DNA of 42,142 bases from contig JAQXAP010000109.1 in assembly GCA_029252865.1 (NCBI GenBank), positions 1-42,142 on the forward strand. Direction: 5' to 3'. The first letter of the stretch is position 1; every line of letters starts with the position of its first letter. Below are positions 30,221 through 41,492 of the stretch, piece by piece. A program made the position numbers and the translations under genes. The notes beneath the pieces are model-generated. The model was not told where the DNA came from and did no database searches. It worked only from the letters and a program-made list of their open reading frames with translations. This DNA comes from Polaribacter sp. GTDB taxonomy: Bacteria > Bacteroidota > Bacteroidia > Flavobacteriales > Flavobacteriaceae.

Positions 30221-31015
30221 ATGGCAAACGTAAACATTCAAGAATTATTAGATAACGGTGTACACTTTGGACACCTTACTAGAAAATGGAATCCGAACAT
30301 GGCTCCATACATTTATACAGAGCGTAATGGTGTGCACATCATTGACTTGTATAAAACAGCAGCGAAAATAGAAGAAACTTCAGAGGCTTTAAAAAAGATT
30401 GCTAGTTCTGGACGTAAAATTTTATTTGTTGCTACAAAAAAACAAGCAAAAGATATTGTTGCTGAAAAAGCAAAATCTGTAAACATGCCTTTCATTACAG
30501 AAAGATGGCCAGGTGGTATGTTAACTAACTTTGTAACCATCAGAAAAGCCGTTAAAAAAATGGCTCAGATTGATAGAATGAAATTAGATGGTTCTTTTGA
30601 TGCTTTATCTAAAAGAGAGAAATTACAAATCAATCGTCAGAGAGAAAAATTAGAAAAGAATTTAGGTTCTATTTCAGATATGACTCGTTTACCTGGTGCG
30701 CTATTTGTAGTTGATATTAAAAAAGAACACATTGCTGTAGCAGAAGCTCAGAAATTAGGGATTCCTATTTTTGCAATGGTTGATACAAACTCTGATCCTA
30801 GATTAGTAGACTTTATTATACCAGCAAATGATGATGCCTCTAAATCTATTGACAAGGTATTATCTTTTGTTATTGATTCAGTTGCTGAAGGTTTATCTGA
30901 TAGAAAAGCAGATAAAGAAAAAGTAAAAGAAACAAAAGAAGTTTCAGCTCCAAAGGCAGAAAAAGCAGCTCCTAAAGTTGAAGCTACTGAAGCTCCTGCT
31001 GAAGAAAAAAAATAA
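30221..31015 (+). CDS. rpsB: 30S ribosomal protein S2
   Basis: GVHFGH, WNPNM, RWPGGMLTNF, IPANDD. Confidence 0.99.
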   Translation: MANVNIQELLDNGVHFGHLTRKWNPNMAPYIYTERNGVHIIDLYKTAAKIEETSEALKKIASSGRKILFVATKKQAKDIVAEKAKSVNMPFITERWPGGMLTNFVTIRKAVKKMAQIDRMKLDGSFDALSKREKLQINRQREKLEKNLGSISDMTRLPGALFVVDIKKEHIAVAEAQKLGIPIFAMVDTNSDPRLVDFIIPANDDASKSIDKVLSFVIDSVAEGLSDRKADKEKVKETKEVSAPKAEKAAPKVEATEAPAEEKK

Positions 31016-31039
31016 TTATAATTAAAAAATATAGATAAC

Positions 31040-32011
31040 ATGGAAACAGTAAAGATTAGTGCTGCTGATGTTAAAAAATTAAGAGAAGCTACTGGTGCTG
31101 GAATGATGGACTGTAAAAAGGCATTAGTTGAGGCAGTTGGTGATTTCGATAAGGCGGTTGACATTTTACGTAAAAAAGGTCAAAAAATTGCTGCAAAAAG
31201 AGCTGATAGAGAATCTACTGAAGGAGTTGCAGTAACAAAGATAAAAGCAGATAACACTGCTGGTGTTGCGATTGTTTTAGCTTGTGAGACTGATTTTGTT
31301 GGTAAAAATGAGGCATTTGTTGCATTAGGTAGTCAATTTGCTGAAATCGCTTTAAATTGTGTTGATAAAGAAGCTTTCTTAAATGCAGATTTTGGAGGAA
31401 TGACTGTTGCTGAAAAATTAATTGAGCAAACGGGTGTTATTGGAGAAAAGTTAGAGATAACTGCTTTTGAGAAAATCGAAGCTGCTTATGTTGGTGCTTA
31501 CACTCACATAGGTAAAATTGCTGCTTTAGTTGGATTATCAGCTGTTGTTGATAATGCTGAAGTTTTATCTAAAGATGTAGCTATGCAGGTAGCCTCTATG
31601 GGCGCATCTACATTATCTTATAAAGATTTTGACCCTGCATATGTAGCCGCTGAAACAGAAGCTAGAATTGCAGTAATTGAAAAAGATAATATAGAATTAG
31701 GTAGATTGGGTAAAACATTGAAAAATGTTCCACAATACATATCTATGTCTCAATTATCAGAAGAAGTTATAGCTAAAGCTGAAGAAAATGCAAAAGCTCA
31801 ATTGGCTGCAGAAGGAAAACCAGAAAAAATATGGGATAGAATTTTACCAGGAAAAATGGAAAGATTTGTTGCAGATAATACAACTTTAGATACGGAGCAG
31901 TGTCTTTTAGACCAAACTTTTATTAAAGATGAAAAGAAAAATGTTGCACAATATGTAAAAACATATGGCGATGTAGAAGTAAGTACTTTTAAAAGAGTTA
32001 CCTTAGGATAA
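31040..32011 (+). CDS. tsf: Elongation factor Ts
   Basis: LREATGAGMMDCKKAL, CETDFV. Confidence 0.99.
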   Translation: METVKISAADVKKLREATGAGMMDCKKALVEAVGDFDKAVDILRKKGQKIAAKRADRESTEGVAVTKIKADNTAGVAIVLACETDFVGKNEAFVALGSQFAEIALNCVDKEAFLNADFGGMTVAEKLIEQTGVIGEKLEITAFEKIEAAYVGAYTHIGKIAALVGLSAVVDNAEVLSKDVAMQVASMGASTLSYKDFDPAYVAAETEARIAVIEKDNIELGRLGKTLKNVPQYISMSQLSEEVIAKAEENAKAQLAAEGKPEKIWDRILPGKMERFVADNTTLDTEQCLLDQTFIKDEKKNVAQYVKTYGDVEVSTFKRVTLG

Positions 32012-32053
32012 AATTCATCTATTATTCTTGTTAAATCGAGAATATAAATTTTC

Positions 32054-32097
32054 AAAACCTCGCACTCTATAATTTTAGAGTTGCGAGGTTTTTTTTT
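32054..32097 (+). terminator. Intrinsic terminator after tsf
   Basis: AAAACCTCGCACTCTA...TAGAGTTGCGAGGTTTT followed by a T-run. Confidence 0.85.
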
Positions 32098-32107
32098 ATT
32101 TCCATAA

Positions 32108-32869
<762 letters not shown>

Positions 32870-32895
32870 ACATAATCTTTTAAAAAAGACTGAAG

Positions 32896-33450
32896 ATGAA
32901 CGAAGAAATAGAATTTATTCTTGATTCTGCCAAAGAATCAATGGGTAAGGCCATAGAACATTTAATCAAAGAATTAAGAACTATTAGAGCGGGAAAAGCT
33001 ACCCCCGCAATGTTAACTAATGTTATGGTGGATTATTATGGAGCTTTAACACCATTAAGCCAAATAGCAAATGTAAGCACTCCAGATCCAAGAACTATTA
33101 GTGTGCAACCATGGGAAAAAAATATGTTACAGCCCATTGAAAAAGCAATTCAAGTTGCCAACTTAGGCTTTAACCCTATGAATAATGGTGATTTTATTAT
33201 GATTAACGTACCGCCACTAACCGAAGAAAGAAGAATTGGTTTAGCGAAGCAATCAAAAGCTGAGGGAGAGCATGCTAAAGTTGGTATTAGAAATGCTCGT
33301 AAAGACGCAAATAATGATATCAAAAAGACAGATGTTTCTGATGATATGAAAAAAATAGCAGAGGGTGATATTCAGCAATTAACAGATACTCATGTAAAAC
33401 AGATAGAAAATATACTTGCTCTTAAAGAGGTTGAAATTATGAAGGTATAA
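32896..33450 (+). CDS. frr: Ribosome recycling factor
   Basis: IRAGKA, VDYYG, PPLTEERR. Confidence 0.99.
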   Translation: MNEEIEFILDSAKESMGKAIEHLIKELRTIRAGKATPAMLTNVMVDYYGALTPLSQIANVSTPDPRTISVQPWEKNMLQPIEKAIQVANLGFNPMNNGDFIMINVPPLTEERRIGLAKQSKAEGEHAKVGIRNARKDANNDIKKTDVSDDMKKIAEGDIQQLTDTHVKQIENILALKEVEIMKV

Positions 33451-33469
33451 AAAAAACCTAAGTAATGAC

Positions 33470-33498
33470 AAGAGAGTGTTTATGAGCACTCTCTTTTT
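33470..33498 (+). terminator. Intrinsic terminator after frr
   Basis: AAGAGAGTGTT-tatg-AGCACTCTCTT followed by Ts. Confidence 0.75.
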
Positions 33499-33541
33499 AT
33501 TTGTAAATAATATATATTTAAATTTTAGTAAAATTCTTAAA

Positions 33542-35917
33542 ATGAACTTCTGGACAAAAGTTGCTGGTATTATCCTAAGAAACCGTTATTTGGTTTTAAT
33601 AGGCATCGCCATCGTTACATGCTTATTAGCGTCACAAATGAAGTATATGAAATTTTCATTTACCGAAGCTAATTTATTACCAGAAGATCATGAGGCTAAT
33701 TTACAATACAATCAATTTTTAAAGATTTTTGGTGAAGAAGGGAATTTAATTATTCTCGGAATTAAAGATTCTACAGTTTTTACACCTAAAAAATTTAATA
33801 ATTGGAATGGCTTAGTTAAAAAATTTGATAGTTTAGACGAAATAGATTTTACTTTATCTATTGCTGATGTTCAAGAATTAAAAGCTGATAGAAAGAATAG
33901 AAAATTTATATTAAAACCTTTGTATGAGAACAGCCCCGGAACAACGGACGAAGTATTAAAAATAAAAAGAAAACTTTTCGAAAATCTTCCTTTTTATGAC
34001 AACCTACTCTTTAATAAAGAAACCGGAACGCTACAAACTGCAATTTATGTAAAGAAAGAAATTGTAAACACACCGCAGCGGAGAGATTTCATTTTTAACA
34101 AACTAATACCCACAATAAAAGAGTTTGAACAAGAAAACAATGTAGACGTTCGTGTTTCTGGTATGCCATATATTAGAACACTTAATGCTCAAAATATCCA
34201 AAATGAAATTATACTTTTTGTAGTAGGCGCATTAGGTATTACAGCTGTGATATTTTTCTTTTTCTTTAGATCTTTTAGAGCAACTTTTATAACACTCTTA
34301 GTCGTGATGATTGGTGTTACATGGGCATTTGGTTTTATAGGCTGGTTTGGTTATGAAATCACAGTTTTATCAGCATTAATACCACCGTTAATTATTGTCA
34401 TTGGAGTACCAAATGCGGTGTTCTTAATAAACAAATATCAGCAAGAAATTAAGAAACACGGGCATCAGGCAAAAGCGCTACAACGTGTAATTTCTAAAAT
34501 AGGAAACGCTACTTTGATGACCAATATTACCACCGCATCTGGTTTTGCCACTTTTGTTTTTGTAAAAAGTAGCTTATTACGTGAATTTGGAATTTTAGCC
34601 TCTGTGAACATCATTAGTATCTTTATTTTAGCGTTATTAATTATACCTATTTTATATAGCTTTATGCCGCTACCAAAAAAGAAGCATTTAAATCATCTTG
34701 AAAAAAGATGGATAGAAAATGTTGTTGATTGGATGGAAAAAATGGTTAGAACCCGAAGAATTACAATTTATTTTACAACTGTAATTGTTATTATTGCTGC
34801 TATTATTGGCGTTTATAAAATTAAAGTTTCTGGCAGTATAATAGAAGACATGCCAAAAAGCTTAGAGTTTTATCAAGATATAAAGTTCTTTGAAAGTGAA
34901 TTTGGAGGAATCATGCCACTAGAAATTTTGATTGATACTAAAAAGGAAAAAGGGGTTATGAAATTATCCACTTTAAAAAAGATGGAGAAAATAAATGAAG
35001 CCATAGAAACTTTTCCAGAATTATCTAAACCTGTATCAGTAACCAACCTAGTCAAATACTCTAAGCAAGCATATTACAGAGGAATTCCAAAATATTATCA
35101 ACTACCAACAAGTCAAGAGCAAAGTTATATTTTTGCATACACTAAGAACTCAAATAGTGAAGCTGGTATGCTTAAAAACTTTGTAGATTCTACAGGGCGT
35201 TATGCAAGAATTACTACTTTTATGAAAGATATTGGTACTGAAAAAATGAATATAATTCAGGAACGATTAAAAGCGGTAATTGTCAAAGAATTTCCTTCAG
35301 AAAAATATGATGTTTCTCTCACCGGTAAAGCACTGGTTTTTATAAAAGGTACCAATTACTTAATTAAAAATTTAGTAATCTCATTATCATTAGCCATATT
35401 TTTAATTGCCATTTTTATGGCATGGATGTTTAGATCACCTCAGATGATTTTTATCTCTTTAATACCCAACATACTACCATTATTAATTACTGCAGGGCTA
35501 ATGGGGTTCTTGGGCGTTCCCATAAAACCATCAACAATATTAGTGTTTAGCATTGCATTTGGTATTTCTGTAGACGACACGATTCACTTTTTAGCAAAAT
35601 ACAGACAAGAATTAATAGCTAATAAATGGAGTATTGTACCCTCAGTTTATGCAGCTCTTAGAGAAACAGGTGTAAGTATGTTTTATACTTCAATTGTATT
35701 GTTTTTCGGGTTTTTAGTATTTACATTATCAAGTTTTGGTGGCACAATTGCTCTAGGAGGACTAGTATCCATCACTTTATTGTTAGCAATGGTCTCTAAC
35801 TTATTATTATTACCTTCATTATTACTAACTTTTGAAAAGAAGATAGCAAATAAGAAAGTCTTTAAAGAACCAGCAATGAAGATATTCCCTCCAAAGGAAG
35901 AAAATACAAAAGTATAA
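33542..35917 (+). CDS. MMPL/RND family transporter
   Basis: Two 1+5 TM repeats with periplasmic domains; GISVDDTIH in the second repeat; ATG 33542 preferred. Confidence 0.9.
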   Translation: MNFWTKVAGIILRNRYLVLIGIAIVTCLLASQMKYMKFSFTEANLLPEDHEANLQYNQFLKIFGEEGNLIILGIKDSTVFTPKKFNNWNGLVKKFDSLDEIDFTLSIADVQELKADRKNRKFILKPLYENSPGTTDEVLKIKRKLFENLPFYDNLLFNKETGTLQTAIYVKKEIVNTPQRRDFIFNKLIPTIKEFEQENNVDVRVSGMPYIRTLNAQNIQNEIILFVVGALGITAVIFFFFFRSFRATFITLLVVMIGVTWAFGFIGWFGYEITVLSALIPPLIIVIGVPNAVFLINKYQQEIKKHGHQAKALQRVISKIGNATLMTNITTASGFATFVFVKSSLLREFGILASVNIISIFILALLIIPILYSFMPLPKKKHLNHLEKRWIENVVDWMEKMVRTRRITIYFTTVIVIIAAIIGVYKIKVSGSIIEDMPKSLEFYQDIKFFESEFGGIMPLEILIDTKKEKGVMKLSTLKKMEKINEAIETFPELSKPVSVTNLVKYSKQAYYRGIPKYYQLPTSQEQSYIFAYTKNSNSEAGMLKNFVDSTGRYARITTFMKDIGTEKMNIIQERLKAVIVKEFPSEKYDVSLTGKALVFIKGTNYLIKNLVISLSLAIFLIAIFMAWMFRSPQMIFISLIPNILPLLITAGLMGFLGVPIKPSTILVFSIAFGISVDDTIHFLAKYRQELIANKWSIVPSVYAALRETGVSMFYTSIVLFFGFLVFTLSSFGGTIALGGLVSITLLLAMVSNLLLLPSLLLTFEKKIANKKVFKEPAMKIFPPKEENTKV

Positions 35918-36084
35918 ATTCTTCTTTATTCATGTTAAACTGTAATCTCAAACATACCGTTTAGAAAAATTTTTAAAGTTTTTTTTTGAAGAAACAACTA
36001 TAATTATCATTGCTCATCTTATCCCAAAAAAGTATCTTTACTTTTTATTATAACAACATATATTTATATCAATATTATAAGAAT

Positions 36085-37521
36085 ATGATCAACAAAAGCG
36101 TTGCCGAACTCATAGAATCGGAAGGATTATTACTACAAGAAATACATGTCAAAGGATGGGTTAGAACATTTAGAAGCAATCGCTTTATTGCTTTAAATGA
36201 TGGTTCGACAATAAATAATATTCAATGTGTTATCGATTTCGAAAACACATCAGAAGAAACACTAAAAAGAATCAATACAGGAGCTGCAGTCTCTATAAAA
36301 GGAACTTTAGCCGCAAGTCAGGGTAGAGGACAATCTGTTGAGGTACAGGTTTCAGAAATTGAAGTATTAGGAGATTCAAACCCAGACGAGTACCCAATAC
36401 AACCTAAAAAACACAGTTTCGAGTTTTTAAGAGAAAACGCTCATTTACGAGTAAGAACAAATACTTTTAGTGCAGTAATGCGTGTAAGATCTAAGCTATC
36501 TTTTGCCGTTCATCAATATTTTCAAGATAGAAACTTTAACTACGTTAATACTCCAATTGTTACTGGTTCTGATGCAGAAGGAGCAGGAGAAATGTTTAGA
36601 GTTACCAACTTTAAAGACAATGAAGCGCCACTTACCGAGGATGGAACGGTTGACTATTCTAAAGATTTTTTCGGAAAAGAAACCAACTTAACTGTTTCTG
36701 GACAATTAGAGGCTGAAACTTATGCCATGGCTTTAGGAAAAGCATATACTTTTGGACCAACATTTAGAGCGGAAAACTCAAATACAACGCGTCATTTAGC
36801 TGAATTTTGGATGATAGAACCTGAAGTTGCATTTATGGATTTAGATGGTAACATGGATCTAGCTGAAGATTTTATAAAAAACGTTCTAAATTCGATTTTG
36901 GAAAGTTGTAAAGACGACTTAGCATTTTTAGACCACCGTTTAACACAAGAAGAGAAAAGTAAACCGCAAGCTGAACGAAGCGATATGAGTTTATTAGAAA
37001 AACTTCGTTTTGTAGTCGATAATAATTTTAAAAGAGTTTCATATACTGAAGCAATTGATATACTAAGAAATTCGAAACCTAATAAAAAGAAGAAATTTCA
37101 ATTTCCAATTAACGAATGGGGTGCAGATTTACAATCTGAACACGAGCGTTTTTTAGTCGAAAAACACTTTAAATGTCCAGTGATTTTATTTGATTATCCA
37201 GCAGATATTAAAGCATTTTATATGAGATTAAATGATGATGGAAAAACAGTTAGAGCAATGGATGTTCTTTTCCCTGGAATTGGAGAAATTGTTGGTGGTG
37301 CGCAACGTGAAGAACGATACGATGTATTAGTGGAGAAAATGAAAGCCATGAATATTGATGAAAAAGAATTATGGTGGTATTTAGATTTGAGGAAATTTGG
37401 AACTGCCGTTCATTCTGGTTTTGGATTAGGTTTTGAAAGATTAGTTCAGTTTACTACAGGAATGAGTAATATTAGAGATGTTATTCCATTTCCAAGAACT
37501 CCACAAAACGCTGAGTTTTAA
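36085..37521 (+). CDS. asnS: Asparagine--tRNA ligase
   Basis: LTVSGQL, FGPTFRAENSNTTRHLAEFWMIEPE, GFGLGFER; ATG 36085 preferred. Confidence 0.98.
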   Translation: MINKSVAELIESEGLLLQEIHVKGWVRTFRSNRFIALNDGSTINNIQCVIDFENTSEETLKRINTGAAVSIKGTLAASQGRGQSVEVQVSEIEVLGDSNPDEYPIQPKKHSFEFLRENAHLRVRTNTFSAVMRVRSKLSFAVHQYFQDRNFNYVNTPIVTGSDAEGAGEMFRVTNFKDNEAPLTEDGTVDYSKDFFGKETNLTVSGQLEAETYAMALGKAYTFGPTFRAENSNTTRHLAEFWMIEPEVAFMDLDGNMDLAEDFIKNVLNSILESCKDDLAFLDHRLTQEEKSKPQAERSDMSLLEKLRFVVDNNFKRVSYTEAIDILRNSKPNKKKKFQFPINEWGADLQSEHERFLVEKHFKCPVILFDYPADIKAFYMRLNDDGKTVRAMDVLFPGIGEIVGGAQREERYDVLVEKMKAMNIDEKELWWYLDLRKFGTAVHSGFGLGFERLVQFTTGMSNIRDVIPFPRTPQNAEF

Positions 37522-37545
37522 GAAGTATTTTGTATCTTTCAAACT

Positions 37546-39003
37546 ATGCTAAAACAAAGCTTACATTATAAACTTCTGCAGAAATTATCGCCTCAACAAA
37601 TTCAGTTGATGAAGTTAATTCAATTACCTACACAAGCTTTTGAGGAACGATTAAAGCAAGAAATTGAAGAAAACCCCGCTTTAGATACAGGTAAGGAAGA
37701 TTCAGACTCTATAGATGACGACTTATCTAATGAATTTGATGACGCTGGAACAGAAAAAATAGAAGCTGAAGACATAAATATTGATGATTATTTGAGTGAC
37801 GATGAAATACCGAATTACAAAACTCAAGCAAATAATTATTCAGCAGATGATGAAGAGAAAAACGTTCCTTATGCAGCGGGTATAAGCTTTCATCAATCTT
37901 TAAAAAATCAACTTAGCACCTTTAGTTTTGGTGATGAAGAGCGATTAATAGCAGAGTTTTTAGTCGGTAGTATTGATGATAGTGGTTACATTAGAAGAGA
38001 TCTTTTAGATTTAGTAGATGATTTAGCTTTTACAGCAAATATATTCACCACAAAGGAAAAGGTATTTACTGTTCTAAAAAAAGTGATACACACCTTAGAC
38101 CCAAGCGGTGTTGGTGCTAGAGATCTAAAAGAATGTCTTATTATTCAACTTAAAAGAAAGAAAGTTACCAAAATAAGGGCATTAGCAATTGATATTTTAG
38201 AATCTAATTTCGATCATTTTGTAAAAAAACATTTCGAAAAACTTAAGGAAAAGTTTAATATTTCTAATGACGAACTAAAGGAAGTAAATACTGAAATATC
38301 TAAACTAAACCCTAAACCGGGTAGTTCTTACGCAGGAAACAATAAAATTGCAGAACAGATTGTCCCAGATTTTTCAATCAAACTTGTAAACGGTGAATTA
38401 GATTTGACATTGAATTCGAGAAATGCACCTGAATTACGCATATCTAAAGAGTACAACAATATGTTAAAAGGGTATCAAGAATCTACCGTAAAAAGTAAAT
38501 CTCAAAAAGATGCCGTATTCTTTATCAAACAGAAATTAGATTCTGCCAAATGGTTTATTGATGCAATAAAACAGCGACAACAAACCTTATTAGTAACAAT
38601 GAATACCATAATGCATTATCAGCAAGAATATTTTTTAACGGGTGATGAACGTAAGCTAAAACCAATGATTTTAAAGGATATTGCAGATAAGATAAATATG
38701 GATGTTTCAACTGTTTCTAGGGTAGCAAATAGTAAATTTGTTTCAACTCCTTACGGCACAAAATTAATTAAAGAATTCTTCTCTGAATCTATGAAAAATG
38801 ATAAAGGAGAAGATGTTTCAACAAAAGAAATCAAGAAAATTTTAGAAACAGTAGTTCTTGAGGAAAACAAGAAAAAACCGTTAACCGATGAGAAATTAGC
38901 TACCATTTTAAAGGAAAAAGGATATCCAATTGCAAGAAGGACCGTTGCCAAATATAGGGAGCAATTAGATTTACCAGTAGCACGACTACGAAAAGAAATT
39001 TAG
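37546..39003 (+). CDS. rpoN: RNA polymerase sigma-54 factor
   Basis: Gln/Leu-rich region I, STVSR helix-turn-helix, RpoN box ARRTVAKYRE. Confidence 0.98.
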   Translation: MLKQSLHYKLLQKLSPQQIQLMKLIQLPTQAFEERLKQEIEENPALDTGKEDSDSIDDDLSNEFDDAGTEKIEAEDINIDDYLSDDEIPNYKTQANNYSADDEEKNVPYAAGISFHQSLKNQLSTFSFGDEERLIAEFLVGSIDDSGYIRRDLLDLVDDLAFTANIFTTKEKVFTVLKKVIHTLDPSGVGARDLKECLIIQLKRKKVTKIRALAIDILESNFDHFVKKHFEKLKEKFNISNDELKEVNTEISKLNPKPGSSYAGNNKIAEQIVPDFSIKLVNGELDLTLNSRNAPELRISKEYNNMLKGYQESTVKSKSQKDAVFFIKQKLDSAKWFIDAIKQRQQTLLVTMNTIMHYQQEYFLTGDERKLKPMILKDIADKINMDVSTVSRVANSKFVSTPYGTKLIKEFFSESMKNDKGEDVSTKEIKKILETVVLEENKKKPLTDEKLATILKEKGYPIARRTVAKYREQLDLPVARLRKEI

Positions 39004-39602
39004 TGAGGTTCTATAAATTCTTATCAATAATATTACATCCAATTGTAGTTCCTACAATTAGTGTAATCTTGTACTTTATACTCGTGCCAAACGGATTTAA
39101 CGCAAATCAAAGAATGATTGTGTTAGGATTAATATTTATATCTACTTACGCTATACCTCTAACCATTTTATTTCTTTTAAAAAGGCTTAAATTGATAAAT
39201 TCGTTTAAAGCTAACACTATTAAAGAGCGGAAACTACCTATAGTCCTAATGATATTTTTATTCTATTTATTGGGAAATACAATTAAAGAAATTCATGACC
39301 TAAAAGATATTAGTTTGCTTTTTTACGCAACTACATTAGGTTTGTTGAGTATATACATATTATTCTATTTTCAACTAAAAACAAGTATCCATTTGCTATC
39401 ACTAGGCATTACTACAGGATTCTTTTTTGCAATAAACAATGTATATAGTGCTAATTTTATGGTTGTTATAATAAGTGGACTATTGCTTTCTGGCACTTTA
39501 GCTAGCGCTAGACTGAATTTAAAGGCACACACACCAACGGAAGTATATTTAGGATTTGTACTAGGTTTCATATGCCCAATTACAGTCTATCTATTTTTAT
39601 AA
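39003..39602 (+). CDS. Polytopic membrane protein with PAP2-like C-terminal motifs
   Basis: About 6 TM segments; KTSIH and ARLNLKAHTPTE resemble PAP2 C2/C3 motifs; GTG start overlaps rpoN stop. Confidence 0.7.
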   Translation: MRFYKFLSIILHPIVVPTISVILYFILVPNGFNANQRMIVLGLIFISTYAIPLTILFLLKRLKLINSFKANTIKERKLPIVLMIFLFYLLGNTIKEIHDLKDISLLFYATTLGLLSIYILFYFQLKTSIHLLSLGITTGFFFAINNVYSANFMVVIISGLLLSGTLASARLNLKAHTPTEVYLGFVLGFICPITVYLFL

Positions 39603-40274
39603 AAAATAGAAAATAAGTCCAAATTTTAAAATTTTCGTATTGATATCTTCCAAATCTATTTTACCATTATCAAAGATAGGTGTTAAACCGTAAAATATAT
39701 TAATATTGAACTCATCGTATCCCGCAGAAAACGTTAAACCGTATTGTAATTTATTATAGCTAGAAATATCTGAATACTTTAGTCTCAAATTACTTGTATC
39801 ATCAAATTGAAAATTATTAGAAAGGTTATATAAGAACTTAATACCAGTATACACTCTCCAAAATTCATAATTATTTGCACTGGAAGTCCTCCATCTTAAC
39901 TCTAAAGGAAATTCTAAGTTATGTGATTTAAATAAATTAGTTCTAATTGAACTATCACTACTAAAAATAGTATTGTTATTTACCTCTTCTACTTTTAATT
40001 CATGGTTAAAAAAATCTAAACCATAACCTATACCAGCTCCTACAGAAAAGTTTCCCTGTTTATTTAAAATTACATCTTTAATAAAACCTGCAGAAAGTGA
40101 ATACGAAAAATTACTTTTAGAAACTGATTTTGGTTGATCATAAAACTGACTATAAGCGACAGATACATAAACTTGATCATCCGCATATTTATCTCCCAAA
40201 TTGAGGGAATCCTTTTGAGAAAAACAAAAGCCAAATAAGAACAAAAAAAATAAATGAGTTACTGCAGTTTTCAT
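39597..40274 (-). CDS. Outer-membrane beta-barrel (porin family/PorT-like) protein
   Basis: Signal peptide, alternating amphipathic strands, LEFPLELRWR, terminal FGLIFYFL; TATCTTTG -7 box at 40295-40302. Confidence 0.8.
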   Translation of the reverse strand: MKTAVTHLFFLFLFGFCFSQKDSLNLGDKYADDQVYVSVAYSQFYDQPKSVSKSNFSYSLSAGFIKDVILNKQGNFSVGAGIGYGLDFFNHELKVEEVNNNTIFSSDSSIRTNLFKSHNLEFPLELRWRTSSANNYEFWRVYTGIKFLYNLSNNFQFDDTSNLRLKYSDISSYNKLQYGLTFSAGYDEFNINIFYGLTPIFDNGKIDLEDINTKILKFGLIFYFL

Positions 40275-40328
40275 AAAAAGGTCAAAAGCTTATCCAAAGA
40301 TACAATATTTCATTTCATGATTAGGGAT

Positions 40329-40370
40329 AATAAAAAAGGGATAACTCAAATGAATTATCCCTTTTTTATT
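40329..40370 (-). terminator. Intrinsic terminator after exbD operon
   Basis: AATAAAAAAGGGATAA...TTATCCCTTTTTTATT perfect 16-bp inverted repeat. Confidence 0.85.
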
Positions 40371-40388
40371 GAATTCTAATGTAATTAT

Positions 40389-40850
40389 TTAATCAATACT
40401 CGCACCCGCTGAATAACTAATTTTAAGAGCATTTACATCTCTTAATTTTAGTCTAACATCTACAATAGTACCAACACTACATTCTTTATCTGCTTTAATA
40501 GAAGTTGTCATAAACGGAACTTCTTCTTCAGAAACTTTGGATCTTGCGTTTATTATGAACGCAGGAACCTCGTCTGCTGTCGCTATTTTATCATTTAACT
40601 GAATTCTATTAAAACTAGTTCCATATTTAGTATCTTTTGCTTTACCAACGTAAATAGTAGTTACCAAACTTTTATGTTCTAACTTCTTTACTTCTTGTGC
40701 TGATGGCAACCTTGGCGTATCAATTTGCAATGAAGTTTCTCTCATGGTAGTAGTTACCATGAAGAAAAATAATAACATAAAAACAATGTCTGGCAAGGCG
40801 GCAGTGTTTACTGCTGGCATTCCTTTTTTCTTTTTTCTAAACTTAGACAT
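40389..40850 (-). CDS. exbD: ExbD/TolR family protein
   Basis: ALPDIVFMLLFFFMVTT with the conserved Asp; IKADK. Confidence 0.92.
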   Translation of the reverse strand: MSKFRKKKKGMPAVNTAALPDIVFMLLFFFMVTTTMRETSLQIDTPRLPSAQEVKKLEHKSLVTTIYVGKAKDTKYGTSFNRIQLNDKIATADEVPAFIINARSKVSEEEVPFMTTSIKADKECSVGTIVDVRLKLRDVNALKISYSAGASID

Positions 40851-40867
40851 ATGTTAAATTTTAAAAA

Positions 40868-41488
40868 TTAATTTGTTGGCTCTGCATCTGAAATAATCTG
40901 AGGATAACTAGTTTTGATAAACTCAACCTTTTTCTTCAGGTCCTGATTCGACTTATTATCTTTATAGGCATCTTCAAGTTCAGTGTAAGATATTTTGTAC
41001 TTATCCATACTTAACCTATTTCTTAAAACAGTGTAAGCTCTTAATAATTGATCTTGAACTGCGATATAAGTACCATATTCTGTTAACCTATCACTCTGAA
41101 CAGAAATAATTGCTTTGTTTGGGTGATCTGAAGAAGATTCACTTTTTTCACCCCTACAATAATCACATTTACCAGTAGCAATATCATTTTCAACTTTACC
41201 TTCACCTCCGCCGTTATCTATAAAAGCAATAGCAGCTTCTTTTAGACCTTTAATATCCATTCTTTCGCCTTCTACTAAAAGCTCATTATTTCTATTAATA
41301 CTTACTTCAAAAATGTTTTTCTCTTTAATAACAGGTGGCACATAATCTGCCGGTGGTTTTTCAGATAGTTTCTTTGAAACCCCTGAATCCACGTTCATTG
41401 TTGTTGTTACTAAGAAAAAGATTAAGAGCAAGAATGCAATATCTGCCATAGAACCTGCATTAATTTCGGGATTCTCTCTTCTTGCCAT
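40868..41488 (-). CDS. exbD: ExbD/TolR family protein with periplasmic insertions
   Basis: INAGSMADIAFLLLIFFLVTT with the conserved Asp; SDRLTEYG. Confidence 0.92.
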   Translation of the reverse strand: MARRENPEINAGSMADIAFLLLIFFLVTTTMNVDSGVSKKLSEKPPADYVPPVIKEKNIFEVSINRNNELLVEGERMDIKGLKEAAIAFIDNGGGEGKVENDIATGKCDYCRGEKSESSSDHPNKAIISVQSDRLTEYGTYIAVQDQLLRAYTVLRNRLSMDKYKISYTELEDAYKDNKSNQDLKKKVEFIKTSYPQIISDAEPTN

Positions 41489-41492
41489 ATTT

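Noticed and set aside
30900-31015. Ala/Lys/Glu/Pro-rich repetitive tail of S2
   Set aside because: An ordinary variable low-complexity C-terminal extension of S2.
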